Source: a virus | Taxonomy: Duplodnaviria > Caudoviricetes | Direction: 5' to 3' (one strand) | DNA length: 64,000 nucleotides | IMG/VR virus record: IMGVR_UViG_3300032334_001433 | Span: 1-64,000 of that record | In this document: one piece after another, positions 45,579 to 53,776 of the stretch | How positions within the stretch are numbered: the stretch's first letter is position 1 | Layout of the letters: each line of letters begins with the position of its first letter | Notes under the pieces: generated by a model | What the model was told of the DNA's origin: nothing | Databases searched by the model: none | What the model saw: only the letters and a program-made list of their open reading frames with translations | Position numbers and translations under genes: made by a program

Positions 45579-45763
45579 TATACAATCTCCTCAACAATTC
45601 CAAGAATTTCTGCTAAAATCAGCAACCAGCCTGTCAAGACAAATGACCCCATAATAAGAGCAGTCCCTGCTCCAATTCGTACAGCGCTCTTTACAATGCT
45701 AACATAAAAATGTCCCTTGCTTGTATCTTTAGGTTGAATTTCAATCTTATCAAAATCAATCAT
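45578..45763 (-). CDS. small membrane protein
   Basis: HFY.S.VKS..RI + hydrophobic C-half. Confidence 0.65.
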   Translation of the reverse strand: MIDFDKIEIQPKDTSKGHFYVSIVKSAVRIGAGTALIMGSFVLTGWLLILAEILGIVEEIV

Positions 45764-45936
45764 AGCATTTGCCTATTTAGTTTAGATTCTAGAAATGCAA
45801 TGCGACGCTCAATTGACGCATTCGCCTCATCGTCAAGTTCTCCTCGGATCTCGCACAAATGAACAAGCTCATTCATAATAGATTCGTTAGTTTCGTCTAC
45901 TTCACGTAGCTCGATTTGTTTATTCTGTTTCATCAT
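45760..45936 (-). CDS. hypothetical protein
   Basis: Operon packing. Confidence 0.55.
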   Translation of the reverse strand: MMKQNKQIELREVDETNESIMNELVHLCEIRGELDDEANASIERRIAFLESKLNRQML

Positions 45937-46240
45937 CTGCTCCAAGTTTAATGGTTACGCTTGTGACACTATCATATCGAAAGCTGCGCCAAGCATTAGC
46001 TTCCAAATCATAAACTGCAAGTGTTTCTTCGCTCACCTTGCGTGTATTTTCTTTTTTGTTTTCTTCAATTGCTAGTCCGGGAACCAGCGTAGGATCCAAT
46101 GTGCAAAGCATTTTACGCTCTGTTCCATCTTTCTTAATGAACTCTACAGTTGAAGAGCCATGCTTCAAGATAGATTTAATCCAAATCTTGAATGCAATAT
46201 AGTCTTCGTCAGACAATTTTTTTTCTAAAGTATCAGTCAC
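45920..46240 (-). CDS. WYL/SH3-like beta-barrel protein
   Basis: V.F.KKDGT.R.M.CTL...V.D....WRSFR.D; GGAG SD before GTG. Confidence 0.75.
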   Translation of the reverse strand: MTDTLEKKLSDEDYIAFKIWIKSILKHGSSTVEFIKKDGTERKMLCTLDPTLVPGLAIEENKKENTRKVSEETLAVYDLEANAWRSFRYDSVTSVTIKLGADDETE

Positions 46241-46264
46241 ATGATCTCCATTAATTTATCCTAT

Positions 46265-46293
46265 ATTGTAGCACACTTTACTCTGCTTGTCAA
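46265..46293 (-). promoter_or_regulatory. sigma70 early promoter for minus-strand operon
   Basis: TTGACA-17-TACAAT with TG extension. Confidence 0.8.
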
Positions 46294-46317
46294 GCAATTT
46301 TTATCCATTTGATAAAC

Positions 46318-46623
46318 TTATTGTGTATTCAAAACTGGCGAATACTCGGCAATCAGCGCTCGCTCTAAATTATGAGCAGGAGTCTTGCCACGAACAATCG
46401 CTAACTCTTGTGCTAGAAATGATTCAGCGCCAAACTCTCTGATTGCTTTACATAATGCCCAAGAACGATTCTCAGTACGAGCTCGTTGAATGTGCTTCAA
46501 TATACGAACACGTAAATCTTTCTTTCGAGATCCCTGCGTGATGCCAATGTAGAAATCACCAGTAACAGCATTTGTGATACTGTATACTATATGCTTTCGG
46601 TCAGAACGTTTCTTTCTCATCAT
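46318..46623 (-). CDS. small GIY-YIG nuclease-like protein
   Basis: HIVY.ITN...FYIG.T, R..KH, E..LI...P.LN; ATG 46623 at predicted +1. Confidence 0.75.
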   Translation of the reverse strand: MMRKKRSDRKHIVYSITNAVTGDFYIGITQGSRKKDLRVRILKHIQRARTENRSWALCKAIREFGAESFLAQELAIVRGKTPAHNLERALIAEYSPVLNTQ

Positions 46624-46629
46624 GTCGTT

Positions 46630-46658
46630 ATTATAGCACCTTTTGTCCATTGTGTCAA
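46630..46658 (-). promoter_or_regulatory. sigma70 early promoter (leaderless)
   Basis: TTGACA-17-TATAAT, ATG exactly 7 nt downstream. Confidence 0.85.
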
Positions 46659-46704
46659 GCATTTTTTAGTACCCATATGAGCAAAAGGGTCTTTCAAAAA
46701 ATGC

Positions 46705-46733
46705 TTGACAAGAGCATCGAAAGGTGCTAAAAT
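46705..46733 (+). promoter_or_regulatory. sigma70 early promoter, back-to-back with 46630
   Basis: TTGACA-17-TAAAAT; ACCC-12-GGGT between the two. Confidence 0.8.
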
Positions 46734-46761
46734 AGAGGCTTAATTAATTAGAAAGTGTCTT

Positions 46762-47016
46762 ATGCGTAGAAAAGAAATTATCAAAGGCCTAAAGAACTCT
46801 ACTCGTTTTCGAGTGATGCTTAATGGCATTGGTCTTTATATGAGTATCAGCGACACTGAGAAGTGTTTCGCTACAAGTTCGCACAGAGTGGCGACACAAG
46901 TTGCGCTGCAGCAATTAGTTAAAGAGAAGACTACTGGTCTTGGCACCACAGTTAAAGTTTACAACGACAAGTTACAATCCGAATCAATTCAAGTACAGGT
47001 GGATATACTACAATGA
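46762..47016 (+). CDS. hypothetical early protein
   Basis: First ORF after promoter. Confidence 0.65.
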   Translation: MRRKEIIKGLKNSTRFRVMLNGIGLYMSISDTEKCFATSSHRVATQVALQQLVKEKTTGLGTTVKVYNDKLQSESIQVQVDILQ

Positions 47017-47258
47017 CAAATACAGATTACGATCTCGACGAATTCGTTAACAATAGCGGAACTAATGTCGATTTTACTAAGTATGAAGACGATGCAAGCA
47101 CAATCGATATGTTTGAACGACTTCCAGCAATGTTCGCAGCGAAATTCAAATGGGATACTTTGAATGAAGATGCAGACCCAGTACTGGTATGGGAGCTTAA
47201 TGGGCAACCCGTAGCATGGTACGATTGCGAAAGATTCGTAGGATATATAAAAGCATAA
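47013..47258 (+). CDS. hypothetical early protein
   Basis: ATGA overlap; VAWYD.E. Confidence 0.65.
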   Translation: MTNTDYDLDEFVNNSGTNVDFTKYEDDASTIDMFERLPAMFAAKFKWDTLNEDADPVLVWELNGQPVAWYDCERFVGYIKA

Positions 47259-47274
47259 AACGGAAAAACCCGTA

Positions 47275-47352
47275 ATTTAAGGGTACTAACCTATTGATTT
47301 TATTGTGGAATCTGACACACGAAATCGTAAAAATGCTAAAGTACCCTTAAAT
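47275..47352. repeat. perfect 13-bp inverted repeat, 52-nt spacer
   Basis: ATTTAAGGGTACT (47275-47287) / AGTACCCTTAAAT (47340-47352). Confidence 0.8.
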
Positions 47353-47405
47353 AGACGTTTTACTTGACAATATACCTATATACCCTTTTCAATGAAAATC
47401 TTACA

Positions 47406-47470
47406 GTATCCGACTCTTTTGCTCGGATACTTACTTTTTGCTTGACACGATGACCAAAAAGTGCTATAAT
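47406..47470 (+). promoter_or_regulatory. stem-loop + sigma70 early promoter cassette
   Basis: GTATCCGA..TCGGATAC; TTGACA 47442-17-TATAAT 47465; then TGAGGCTTAAACAGTAAGGAAC. Confidence 0.85.
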
Positions 47471-47497
47471 TGAGGCTTAAACAGTAAGGAACACGAA

Positions 47498-47806
47498 ATG
47501 GCAAAGCTCTTAATTTCTACTCAGATTCACGAAAACTATGGCGCCCATGATTGGGACGGCGTAGGTGAATGCCCGCAATACTGGAAAGCCAAGGGCGGCA
47601 GTGATTATGTCGTTAAGAAGTTTAAAGGCGATGCTACTATGGCTATCATGGGTCTGCGTTCGCAAATTGAATGCGATGACGAGTACTATCGCGAATCCAT
47701 TATTGATTGGAAAATCGTTCCTAACGATTATATGACCGAGTTTGAAAAAGATCAGCTCGACTATATGGGTAAGATTCAGTTCGCTCCTAAAGAACTCGTT
47801 TGGTAA
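47498..47806 (+). CDS. conserved phage hypothetical protein
   Basis: KL.I.TQ..ENYGAHDWDG.GECPQYWK.KGG..Y. Confidence 0.75.
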   Translation: MAKLLISTQIHENYGAHDWDGVGECPQYWKAKGGSDYVVKKFKGDATMAIMGLRSQIECDDEYYRESIIDWKIVPNDYMTEFEKDQLDYMGKIQFAPKELVW

Positions 47807-47816
47807 TATATATTAT

Positions 47817-47987
47817 ATGTCCTACACAGTATTCAAAAATTCTAAAGAATTCGGACCTCGTAAAGGTCTTGAAGGTCCTTTCCATTATCGAAATGGCAGA
47901 GTTCTATATTACGATCCTAAAGAAGGAAAGTATTATGATCCTTTGACAGATTTCTATGTAGAATATGAAGAAGTTAAAGACTTATAA
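47817..47987 (+). CDS. conserved small phage protein
   Basis: GLEGPF.Y.NG.VLYYDPKEG.YYDP.TD.Y; ATG 47817. Confidence 0.7.
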   Translation: MSYTVFKNSKEFGPRKGLEGPFHYRNGRVLYYDPKEGKYYDPLTDFYVEYEEVKDL

Positions 47988-48092
47988 ACTAACCAATAAT
48001 AAAATCTATGCATCAATACTTTTCATATTTGTATTGTATGTCACAGTATCCGTATTTGCTTTGGGATTGTTGGATTACCTGCTCTACGCAAA

Positions 48093-48218
48093 ATGAAACA
48101 CATACTAGTAAACGCAGTTAGAGAAATGCTAGAACGTCATTGGGACGTCTATGAGATTGCAGCAAAGCTGAATTTAGATGTTAACCTAGTTCAGCAAATA
48201 ATTGACCTGTTAACCTAA
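48093..48218 (+). CDS. 41-aa HTH-like peptide (not in track)
   Basis: VREMLERHWDVYEIAAKLNL. Confidence 0.5.
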   Translation: MKHILVNAVREMLERHWDVYEIAAKLNLDVNLVQQIIDLLT

Positions 48219-48232
48219 AAGGAATTTTTGTT

Positions 48233-48475
48233 ATGGAAAAACCAGTAGTCCAATATGTCGGAGAAGCCAAGGTATATGTTTGGCCTTATTCTCCAGAAGA
48301 CAAACCAGTCTATGTCGCCCGCATACCTTTGGCTTTAAATCATCCAACACTAGGCAAATGCCCCGATATTAGAACATCTCGAATTGTCAAACAACCAGAT
48401 GAGTCTGGTCGATTTGAAACCCTCAACACAATATATGAAAAAGTAGAAAGTGAAGATAATCATGGAAATGAATGA
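48233..48475 (+). CDS. hypothetical protein
   Basis: HP.LG...IRTS.IV...FETLNT.Y. Confidence 0.65.
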   Translation: MEKPVVQYVGEAKVYVWPYSPEDKPVYVARIPLALNHPTLGKCPDIRTSRIVKQPDESGRFETLNTIYEKVESEDNHGNE

Positions 48476-48725
48476 ATATGTAAAAGAGCTCGAGGCTCAA
48501 GTTGACCCAACCTTTGTTGAAAAGATTAAAGATTGGCCAGTAGAAACAAAACTCTATATGTACTTGCACAATATTCAATTGGCAATGATGAAAGAGTTTA
48601 AAGAAAATCAAGTTGTATTTCCTAAAGTACCAGCTAAAGACTTTATGCAATGGCGTATGCCAAAGATTGAATATCTAGGTTATCCTACTCCAGGTACTAC
48701 AACTTATGAATACAAGCAAGGTTGA
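48462..48725 (+). CDS. hypothetical protein
   Basis: Operon packing; start 48462 or 48468. Confidence 0.55.
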   Translation: MEMNEYVKELEAQVDPTFVEKIKDWPVETKLYMYLHNIQLAMMKEFKENQVVFPKVPAKDFMQWRMPKIEYLGYPTPGTTTYEYKQG

Positions 48726-48891
48726 TAAACTCTATAAGATTGCAATGGTTCAAGACGGTATAGAGTCTGAAAGAGATCTTATACACGCATTCGCCGAGTT
48801 GATTGTTCGAGAATGTGCTGATATTGCTGCCGATCATGATGGGTTGGATATTTACGAAGAAATTAGAGAACATTTCGGAGTTCAAGAATGA
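48706..48891 (+). CDS. hypothetical protein
   Basis: FAELIVRECA...I.EHFGV motif. Confidence 0.65.
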   Translation: MNTSKVDKLYKIAMVQDGIESERDLIHAFAELIVRECADIAADHDGLDIYEEIREHFGVQE

Positions 48892-49079
48892 AAATAACAG
48901 AAGTGCAAGCACATAACACTCGTATTCATAATGAAGTCGTTAGAACAGAACGAATTCATAATGAACAACTAAACAAGCATCGTCTTGAGAAATTGCGTCA
49001 AGTTGATACTGAGGAAAAACGTATTGAAGCAAATCGGCGCATGAATCGCGCTGGTCAAAATATAGATAGGATGGCATAA
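48888..49079 (+). CDS. hypothetical protein
   Basis: ATGA overlap; GQNID..A. Confidence 0.6.
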   Translation: MKITEVQAHNTRIHNEVVRTERIHNEQLNKHRLEKLRQVDTEEKRIEANRRMNRAGQNIDRMA

Positions 49080-49235
49080 TGATAAAATATATTGCATTAT
49101 TCTTGGCAATAATAACCGCATTTCAAATGTATCAATTTTGGGATTCGGCATTATTTGATGTATGGTGTGTTGGATTCACAGGTTGGCTTAATGTATTTAT
49201 CTATGAGTTAGAAAAAGAAAAGAAAAACATTGCGA

Positions 49236-49472
49236 ATGTCGCATAAAGATATTATTTGGATTGTTGCCGGAAATCGAGAGGAATTTCATTCGTATGTACG
49301 TCGCAAAATGCCATTAGGACATGATCCAAATAATTATAAGTTTGTATATTCTGTCGATCAATTGCGTGGATTAAATAGTATCAAAGGTTTCTATATTGGA
49401 AACTACAAATCAAGAAAAGATATTAATATTATTCAAGCAATTATTAATGTAATTAAACTTTCAGAAACTTAA
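49236..49472 (+). CDS. hypothetical protein
   Basis: I.IVAGN..EF...V..V.QLRG. Confidence 0.55.
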   Translation: MSHKDIIWIVAGNREEFHSYVRRKMPLGHDPNNYKFVYSVDQLRGLNSIKGFYIGNYKSRKDINIIQAIINVIKLSET

Positions 49473-49570
49473 CATCTTTTCCCTTCCTTGTCAACCTTTT
49501 TATAGTACCCGAGTCTTTTGCTCGGGTACTTCACTTTGTGCTTGACACTCTGCTCAAAAGGTGCTATAAT
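49466..49570. promoter_or_regulatory. bidirectional promoter cassette with central stem-loop
   Basis: Minus TTGACA(49489-94)-17-TAAGTT; GTACCCGAG-tcttttg-CTCGGGTAC; plus TTGACA 49542-17-TATAAT 49565. Confidence 0.8.
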
Positions 49571-49596
49571 TGAGGCTTAAACAGCAACAGGAGTAG

Positions 49597-49803
49597 ATGA
49601 TGCGTGAACAGACAACGAAACTTCTAGATATGATGGCCGAGGGATTGATCTCTGCAGAAGCAGTTGCAGATATGTGTCTTGCCTATATGAGTGAAGACGA
49701 TGTGGCAGATATGATGCGGTCCAACGACATTGTTGACTATGATGAAGATGATGGTCAGCCCGACGAAGCCCAGGAATGGGAATCGTTTGACCCAGATTGC
49801 TAA
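49597..49803 (+). CDS. hypothetical early protein
   Basis: L.YMSEDDV.DM; DGQPDEAQEW..FDPDC. Confidence 0.7.
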   Translation: MMREQTTKLLDMMAEGLISAEAVADMCLAYMSEDDVADMMRSNDIVDYDEDDGQPDEAQEWESFDPDC

Positions 49804-49818
49804 TAGAAAGGATAATAT

Positions 49819-49983
49819 ATGTGGATAGTACAAGTTTACGATACAGTTGAAGCAACATTCAAGTATGAGGAATTTCGCAATCGCAAGGCTGCAGAATCCT
49901 ACGCTGAAGATTTTGAAATTATCGCTAGTCTGTATGGACAGGCTGGACGCTATACAAAGATATCAGTTCAGTACATGAGTTAA
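49819..49983 (+). CDS. 54-aa hypothetical protein (not in track)
   Basis: AAAGGA SD, ATG 49819 to TAA 49983. Confidence 0.55.
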   Translation: MWIVQVYDTVEATFKYEEFRNRKAAESYAEDFEIIASLYGQAGRYTKISVQYMS

Positions 49984-50036
49984 CCCTTCGGAGCAAAGGG
50001 TCTTTGCTTGACATTTGACTCCAACGGTGCTATAAT
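49983..50036 (+). promoter_or_regulatory. stem-loop + sigma70 early promoter
   Basis: ACCCTT..AAGGGT; TTGACA 50008-17-TATAAT 50031. Confidence 0.85.
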
Positions 50037-50062
50037 AGAGACATAAACAGTAAGGAACTTAT

Positions 50063-50251
50063 ATGACACGAGAAGAAGCTAGAATCGCACAAGAACAAGC
50101 AGTTGCAGAATTCTTGGCAAAAGGTGGAATGGTTGAGGTGTTGAAGGGTCGGAAGAATCCGAAACCCGTTAGTGCCCGAGGCAAATTCAATTCTGGAATG
50201 AAAATTCGAATGGACCCAACGGCCCGTTTCCCTAGCAAAACTTACGCTTAA
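50063..50251 (+). CDS. hypothetical early protein
   Basis: AVAEFLAKGG.V..L. Confidence 0.65.
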   Translation: MTREEARIAQEQAVAEFLAKGGMVEVLKGRKNPKPVSARGKFNSGMKIRMDPTARFPSKTYA

Positions 50252-50260
50252 GGATTTTAT

Positions 50261-50482
50261 ATGATTGCAGAACAGACACAATACGATACTCGACATGGCG
50301 GACCCTTTGACCGGGGCAGTGCAGATTCCTATTACAATCGAGAATATTCTCCGCATTACTACACAGGTGATACCTACAATAGCAATCGGATTGATTTGAA
50401 AGATATGACTGCGGCTGAGATTACAGCATACACCGCAGGATACAATGAGAACGAAGAATCGAGCAACAAGAAAGCTTGGTAG
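50261..50482 (+). CDS. conserved phage hypothetical protein
   Basis: HGGPFDRG.ADSYY.R...PHYY...EI.AY.AGY..NE. Confidence 0.75.
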   Translation: MIAEQTQYDTRHGGPFDRGSADSYYNREYSPHYYTGDTYNSNRIDLKDMTAAEITAYTAGYNENEESSNKKAW

Positions 50483-50483
50483 T

Positions 50484-50546
50484 ACCCAAGCAATCCGTAG
50501 GGTCTCTTTCTGAATGCTTGACAAGATGACCAAAAGGTGCTATAAT
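50484..50546 (+). promoter_or_regulatory. stem-loop + sigma70 early promoter
   Basis: ACCC-12-GGGT; TTGACA 50518-17-TATAAT 50541. Confidence 0.85.
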
Positions 50547-50572
50547 TGAGGCTTAAACAGTAAGGAACTTAT

Positions 50573-51160
50573 ATGGCAAGATACGAAATTACCCCTTTTA
50601 ATTTGGCTGACATTGGTTATAATGGACATGGTTCAATCCGTATTAAGGTTGAGGGTTATTGGTCTCAGGATGTCATTACCCTTTATATTGATCGCGCATA
50701 TGGTTCTAATGGATGGACCGTTAAGCTTTCTCATTCCTCCGGTGGTCGAGATACCAAAGTAATAGAGTGCGATATGGAAGCAGAAATGAATTTTGCTACA
50801 GCACTTAATGTGATGGCTAAAATTGGTCTTGATATTAAGACAACTAAGTTAGGTATGCTGGAAGAAAATTATCAGCGCAGAATCAAAGACGACAAAGAAC
50901 GCCTTGAGAAAGAAAAGGCAGAATTTGCTGCAGCTGTCGCGGCTGATAAAGAAATTGGAATTGCGTTGGCTCGATATAAATTAGATACCATAGGCGATTT
51001 CGGTGAATTGAAAGTATTTGCCCGCGGAACAGATAAAATCCGTCGATTCTCAGTATCGCATCGGGTTAAAAAGACATTCTTTCTGCAGGGAATGCGAATT
51101 TCCAAGCAGGAAGCAATTGTAGAGTTGGCAAAATGCTCAACTCGTGAAGTAACTATCTAA
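50573..51160 (+). CDS. hypothetical early protein
   Basis: 195 aa directly after promoter and AAGGA SD. Confidence 0.75.
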   Translation: MARYEITPFNLADIGYNGHGSIRIKVEGYWSQDVITLYIDRAYGSNGWTVKLSHSSGGRDTKVIECDMEAEMNFATALNVMAKIGLDIKTTKLGMLEENYQRRIKDDKERLEKEKAEFAAAVAADKEIGIALARYKLDTIGDFGELKVFARGTDKIRRFSVSHRVKKTFFLQGMRISKQEAIVELAKCSTREVTI

Positions 51161-51170
51161 GGAAAACATT

Positions 51171-51428
51171 ATGAATCAGATTCAAAAAGAAGCCGCCCTA
51201 TACGTGGCAAAAGTAATTAGTTTGGCAGTTGGCGTAGGAATGGTAACGTGTTTATCAATACTTTATATTGGTATGACAGAAACGTTTTTATTAATCGCCG
51301 GGTTATTGCTAGTTAATCTGGCATTTGCCGCATTCGAGAATAAAGTAAAAGAATTGGAACACTTGGAACGCATGAATGAAATTGCAGCTGATCGAGAAAA
51401 ACGTATGGCTGAATTGAATGCAAAATGA
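51171..51428 (+). CDS. two-TM membrane protein
   Basis: Two hydrophobic segments then coiled coil. Confidence 0.7.
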   Translation: MNQIQKEAALYVAKVISLAVGVGMVTCLSILYIGMTETFLLIAGLLLVNLAFAAFENKVKELEHLERMNEIAADREKRMAELNAK

Positions 51429-51451
51429 ATTAAACAAGCGTTTGCTACATT

Positions 51452-51652
51452 ATGAACGATCAGCTTAGAAAATTTTATCGTTTATCTGGACTTGACATCT
51501 ATGGTCTCGGAACAGATAGAGAGAAATGGGAAGCAGCAGTCAACAGATATACTGAGTTCGTTATCAGGGAGTGTGGGTGTTATCTCCTTGAAAATGAGGT
51601 AGTAGACATTATGGATGTGATTGGTATGGAAGATCACTTTAAAGGAAAATAA
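51452..51652 (+). CDS. hypothetical protein, distant paralog of 48706
   Basis: EFVIREC...EDHFK vs ELIVREC...REHFG. Confidence 0.6.
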   Translation: MNDQLRKFYRLSGLDIYGLGTDREKWEAAVNRYTEFVIRECGCYLLENEVVDIMDVIGMEDHFKGK

Positions 51653-51653
51653 A

Positions 51654-51851
51654 ATGGCAAAAGAAAAAATCAACGAAAACTTCAACCTGAGCTTCTCTTC
51701 ACGGGATAGTAATACTAGCGATACTATTATGGATTGCAATATCAGTTTTGAAAATCCACGAGACGACCATGCAGTCGTATCTAAGATTGCTACTTGGCTT
51801 GTAGCAATTGGTCGGACCAATATCGCAGTTCGAATTGTGAATCCAAAATAA
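51654..51851 (+). CDS. hypothetical protein
   Basis: AAAGGA SD, ATG 51654. Confidence 0.6.
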   Translation: MAKEKINENFNLSFSSRDSNTSDTIMDCNISFENPRDDHAVVSKIATWLVAIGRTNIAVRIVNPK

Positions 51852-52009
51852 TATGTTCTTCTGGACAATTGTAATCCTCTCAACGAACATTACCTATATT
51901 GGTCAGTTTGAGGATGAGATCAAATGCAATAAAGCTGTAGAAGCGATTAAGACACAATATATTAAAGCGGCATGCGTTCAAGTCAAAGCGCCCGAACCTA
52001 AGAAATAAT

Positions 52010-52225
52010 ATGAGTATGATGATGAAAAGAGTAGTAACAATGTGCGATCCGCCTAGTGGGTGGAAATGGGGATTTCCGAAAGTAATGCCGGAAGGTCTAA
52101 TTGGCAAAGCATTTGACGAGTGGCTAATAAGCGAAGGAATGCCCAGGTCAGAAATTGATTATTGGAATAATAGTCAATTGGGTTATATGCCTATACGATG
52201 CTGGAATGAGGAGTTTGACGAATGA
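52010..52225 (+). CDS. hypothetical protein
   Basis: DPPSGWKWGFPK..P...WL..EG.P. Confidence 0.65.
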   Translation: MSMMMKRVVTMCDPPSGWKWGFPKVMPEGLIGKAFDEWLISEGMPRSEIDYWNNSQLGYMPIRCWNEEFDE

Positions 52226-52479
52226 GTTATAGTCGTTGGAGTGATAGTGTTTGGCATAGTTTTTATAATGTGAATGGTAGGTTAAGTCTGTGGTATGATA
52301 TGGATCGTATTATAGATTGGACTGAGGGTGAATTGTTAGAACTTATGTCACTTGAACAAAAAGAGATTGTCGAAACATTAATGGAGACATATGGTTGCCT
52401 GGAATCTGAAGCAATTGAAGCCATTGAATATATCGAGCTGTTTCTAGAAGAGTATGATCCTGAATTAGATATAGAGTAA
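52222..52479 (+). CDS. hypothetical protein
   Basis: MSYSRWS.S.W; ATGA overlap. Confidence 0.65.
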   Translation: MSYSRWSDSVWHSFYNVNGRLSLWYDMDRIIDWTEGELLELMSLEQKEIVETLMETYGCLESEAIEAIEYIELFLEEYDPELDIE

Positions 52480-52692
52480 TATGATTAGTTTTATTATGGG
52501 ATATATCGTAGGAGTCTTGTATATGTGCTATCGTAGTAATGAAGAACAAAAGGTCAATATACCATGATAGAAATACTAGTAATAATGATCGTTTCTTTGG
52601 CAATAAAGATAAGTATCGTATATACTATGAAATCAAGATATAGTAAGTATTGATCGAATATTGCTATAATATAGCATATACTGTATATAGAC

Positions 52693-52712
52693 TGTGGATA
52701 ACCTGTGGATAG
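52693..52712. promoter_or_regulatory. tandem DnaA boxes
   Basis: TGTGGATAA (exact reverse complement of TTATCCACA) + CC + TGTGGATAG (1 mismatch) in non-coding DNA. Confidence 0.6.
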
Positions 52713-52858
52713 AGATCGCAGAGTTCTCTAAAATCGAGCCTAAAGAAAACTCTGTATTTATACGGTAGAACAATGGTTCAGATTCTATACGACCGTATCA
52801 GATTATAAACGGCAGAGTAATAATCTAAACTCGCGAGTCACCAAATAGATCTCTATGT

Positions 52859-52962
52859 TCTATAACATCTTTTCCCTCCCCTGTCAACCTTTTTATAGTA
52901 CCCATACACCCTGCAGGGTCTTTAAACTAATGCTTGACGATCTGACCAAAAGGCGCTATAAT
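52859..52962. promoter_or_regulatory. bidirectional promoter cassette
   Basis: Minus TTGACA(52882-87)-17-TATAGA; ACCC-12-GGGT; plus TTGACG 52934-17-TATAAT 52957. Confidence 0.8.
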
Positions 52963-52988
52963 AGAGGCATAAACAGTAAGGAACTTAT

Positions 52989-53246
52989 ATGAACAGCAAA
53001 CAGATCGCAATGTATGGTATGACCGAAGCAGACATCAAAGCACAGTATATGGAGTCTATTACAGCAAAGTTCTCCGGTCTGGAGATGGTTGTAGCGGGCA
53101 TTCTAAGCGATTGTCAAGAGATGAATCAGTATCAGCACGCTGCAGCAGTGAATCAAGAAGCCAATAAAGAGCGGATTCGTCAGCAGTTGAACGTAGCAAA
53201 GTTCATTCTGTTCGATATGATGGATCAGCGTGGTCATAGCGTATAA
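52989..53246 (+). CDS. hypothetical early protein
   Basis: After promoter, AAGGA SD; RQ.LN.AK..L. Confidence 0.7.
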   Translation: MNSKQIAMYGMTEADIKAQYMESITAKFSGLEMVVAGILSDCQEMNQYQHAAAVNQEANKERIRQQLNVAKFILFDMMDQRGHSV

Positions 53247-53256
53247 GGAACCAGTT

Positions 53257-53430
53257 ATGTCGTATTTCTCGAATCTCTACAATTTGATTACAGAGGCCAT
53301 TGAGATGGACATGGGGAAGTATAATATAATAGATCTGATGATAGATGAGGGAATCCCTGCAGAGGCGGCTCCTATTATATTAGATCAGTTCATTAAGTCG
53401 AAGGGATCGTATCCCCTAGGCGCCGAGTGA
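53257..53430 (+). CDS. hypothetical protein
   Basis: AAGGA SD before ATG 53257. Confidence 0.55.
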   Translation: MSYFSNLYNLITEAIEMDMGKYNIIDLMIDEGIPAEAAPIILDQFIKSKGSYPLGAE

Positions 53431-53451
53431 GAAATTCTCGGCAACTAAAGT

Positions 53452-53685
53452 ATGGAGAATGGTATGAAAGTGTATTCGTTGGTGTCGTTCGTAGACTATG
53501 AGGGTTACTATCTGGTGGGTATATACGGATCTCTAGAGGACTTGATGAAGTACGTAGAAGACGGTAAGTGGTACGTTGATCGCCTGGGATACGTAGAGTC
53601 TGAGCTGGGGGAGGAGATAAACGTAATGGCTGAGGTAGTGTACGTGCCCTTTGTGAATTCTAGTAATGAGCAGGTAATGGTATAA
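53452..53685 (+). CDS. hypothetical protein
   Basis: VYSL....YEG..L.G.Y.S motif. Confidence 0.6.
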   Translation: MENGMKVYSLVSFVDYEGYYLVGIYGSLEDLMKYVEDGKWYVDRLGYVESELGEEINVMAEVVYVPFVNSSNEQVMV

Positions 53686-53686
53686 G

Positions 53687-53748
53687 ACCCTACAGCCCAA
53701 AGGGTCTTTTGGAAAGTGCTTGACGATCTGACCAAAAGGTGCTATAAT
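53687..53748 (+). promoter_or_regulatory. stem-loop + sigma70 early promoter
   Basis: GACCCT..AGGGTC; TTGACG 53720-17-TATAAT 53743. Confidence 0.85.
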
Positions 53749-53776
53749 TGAGGCATAAACAGCAACAGAGGTGTAT

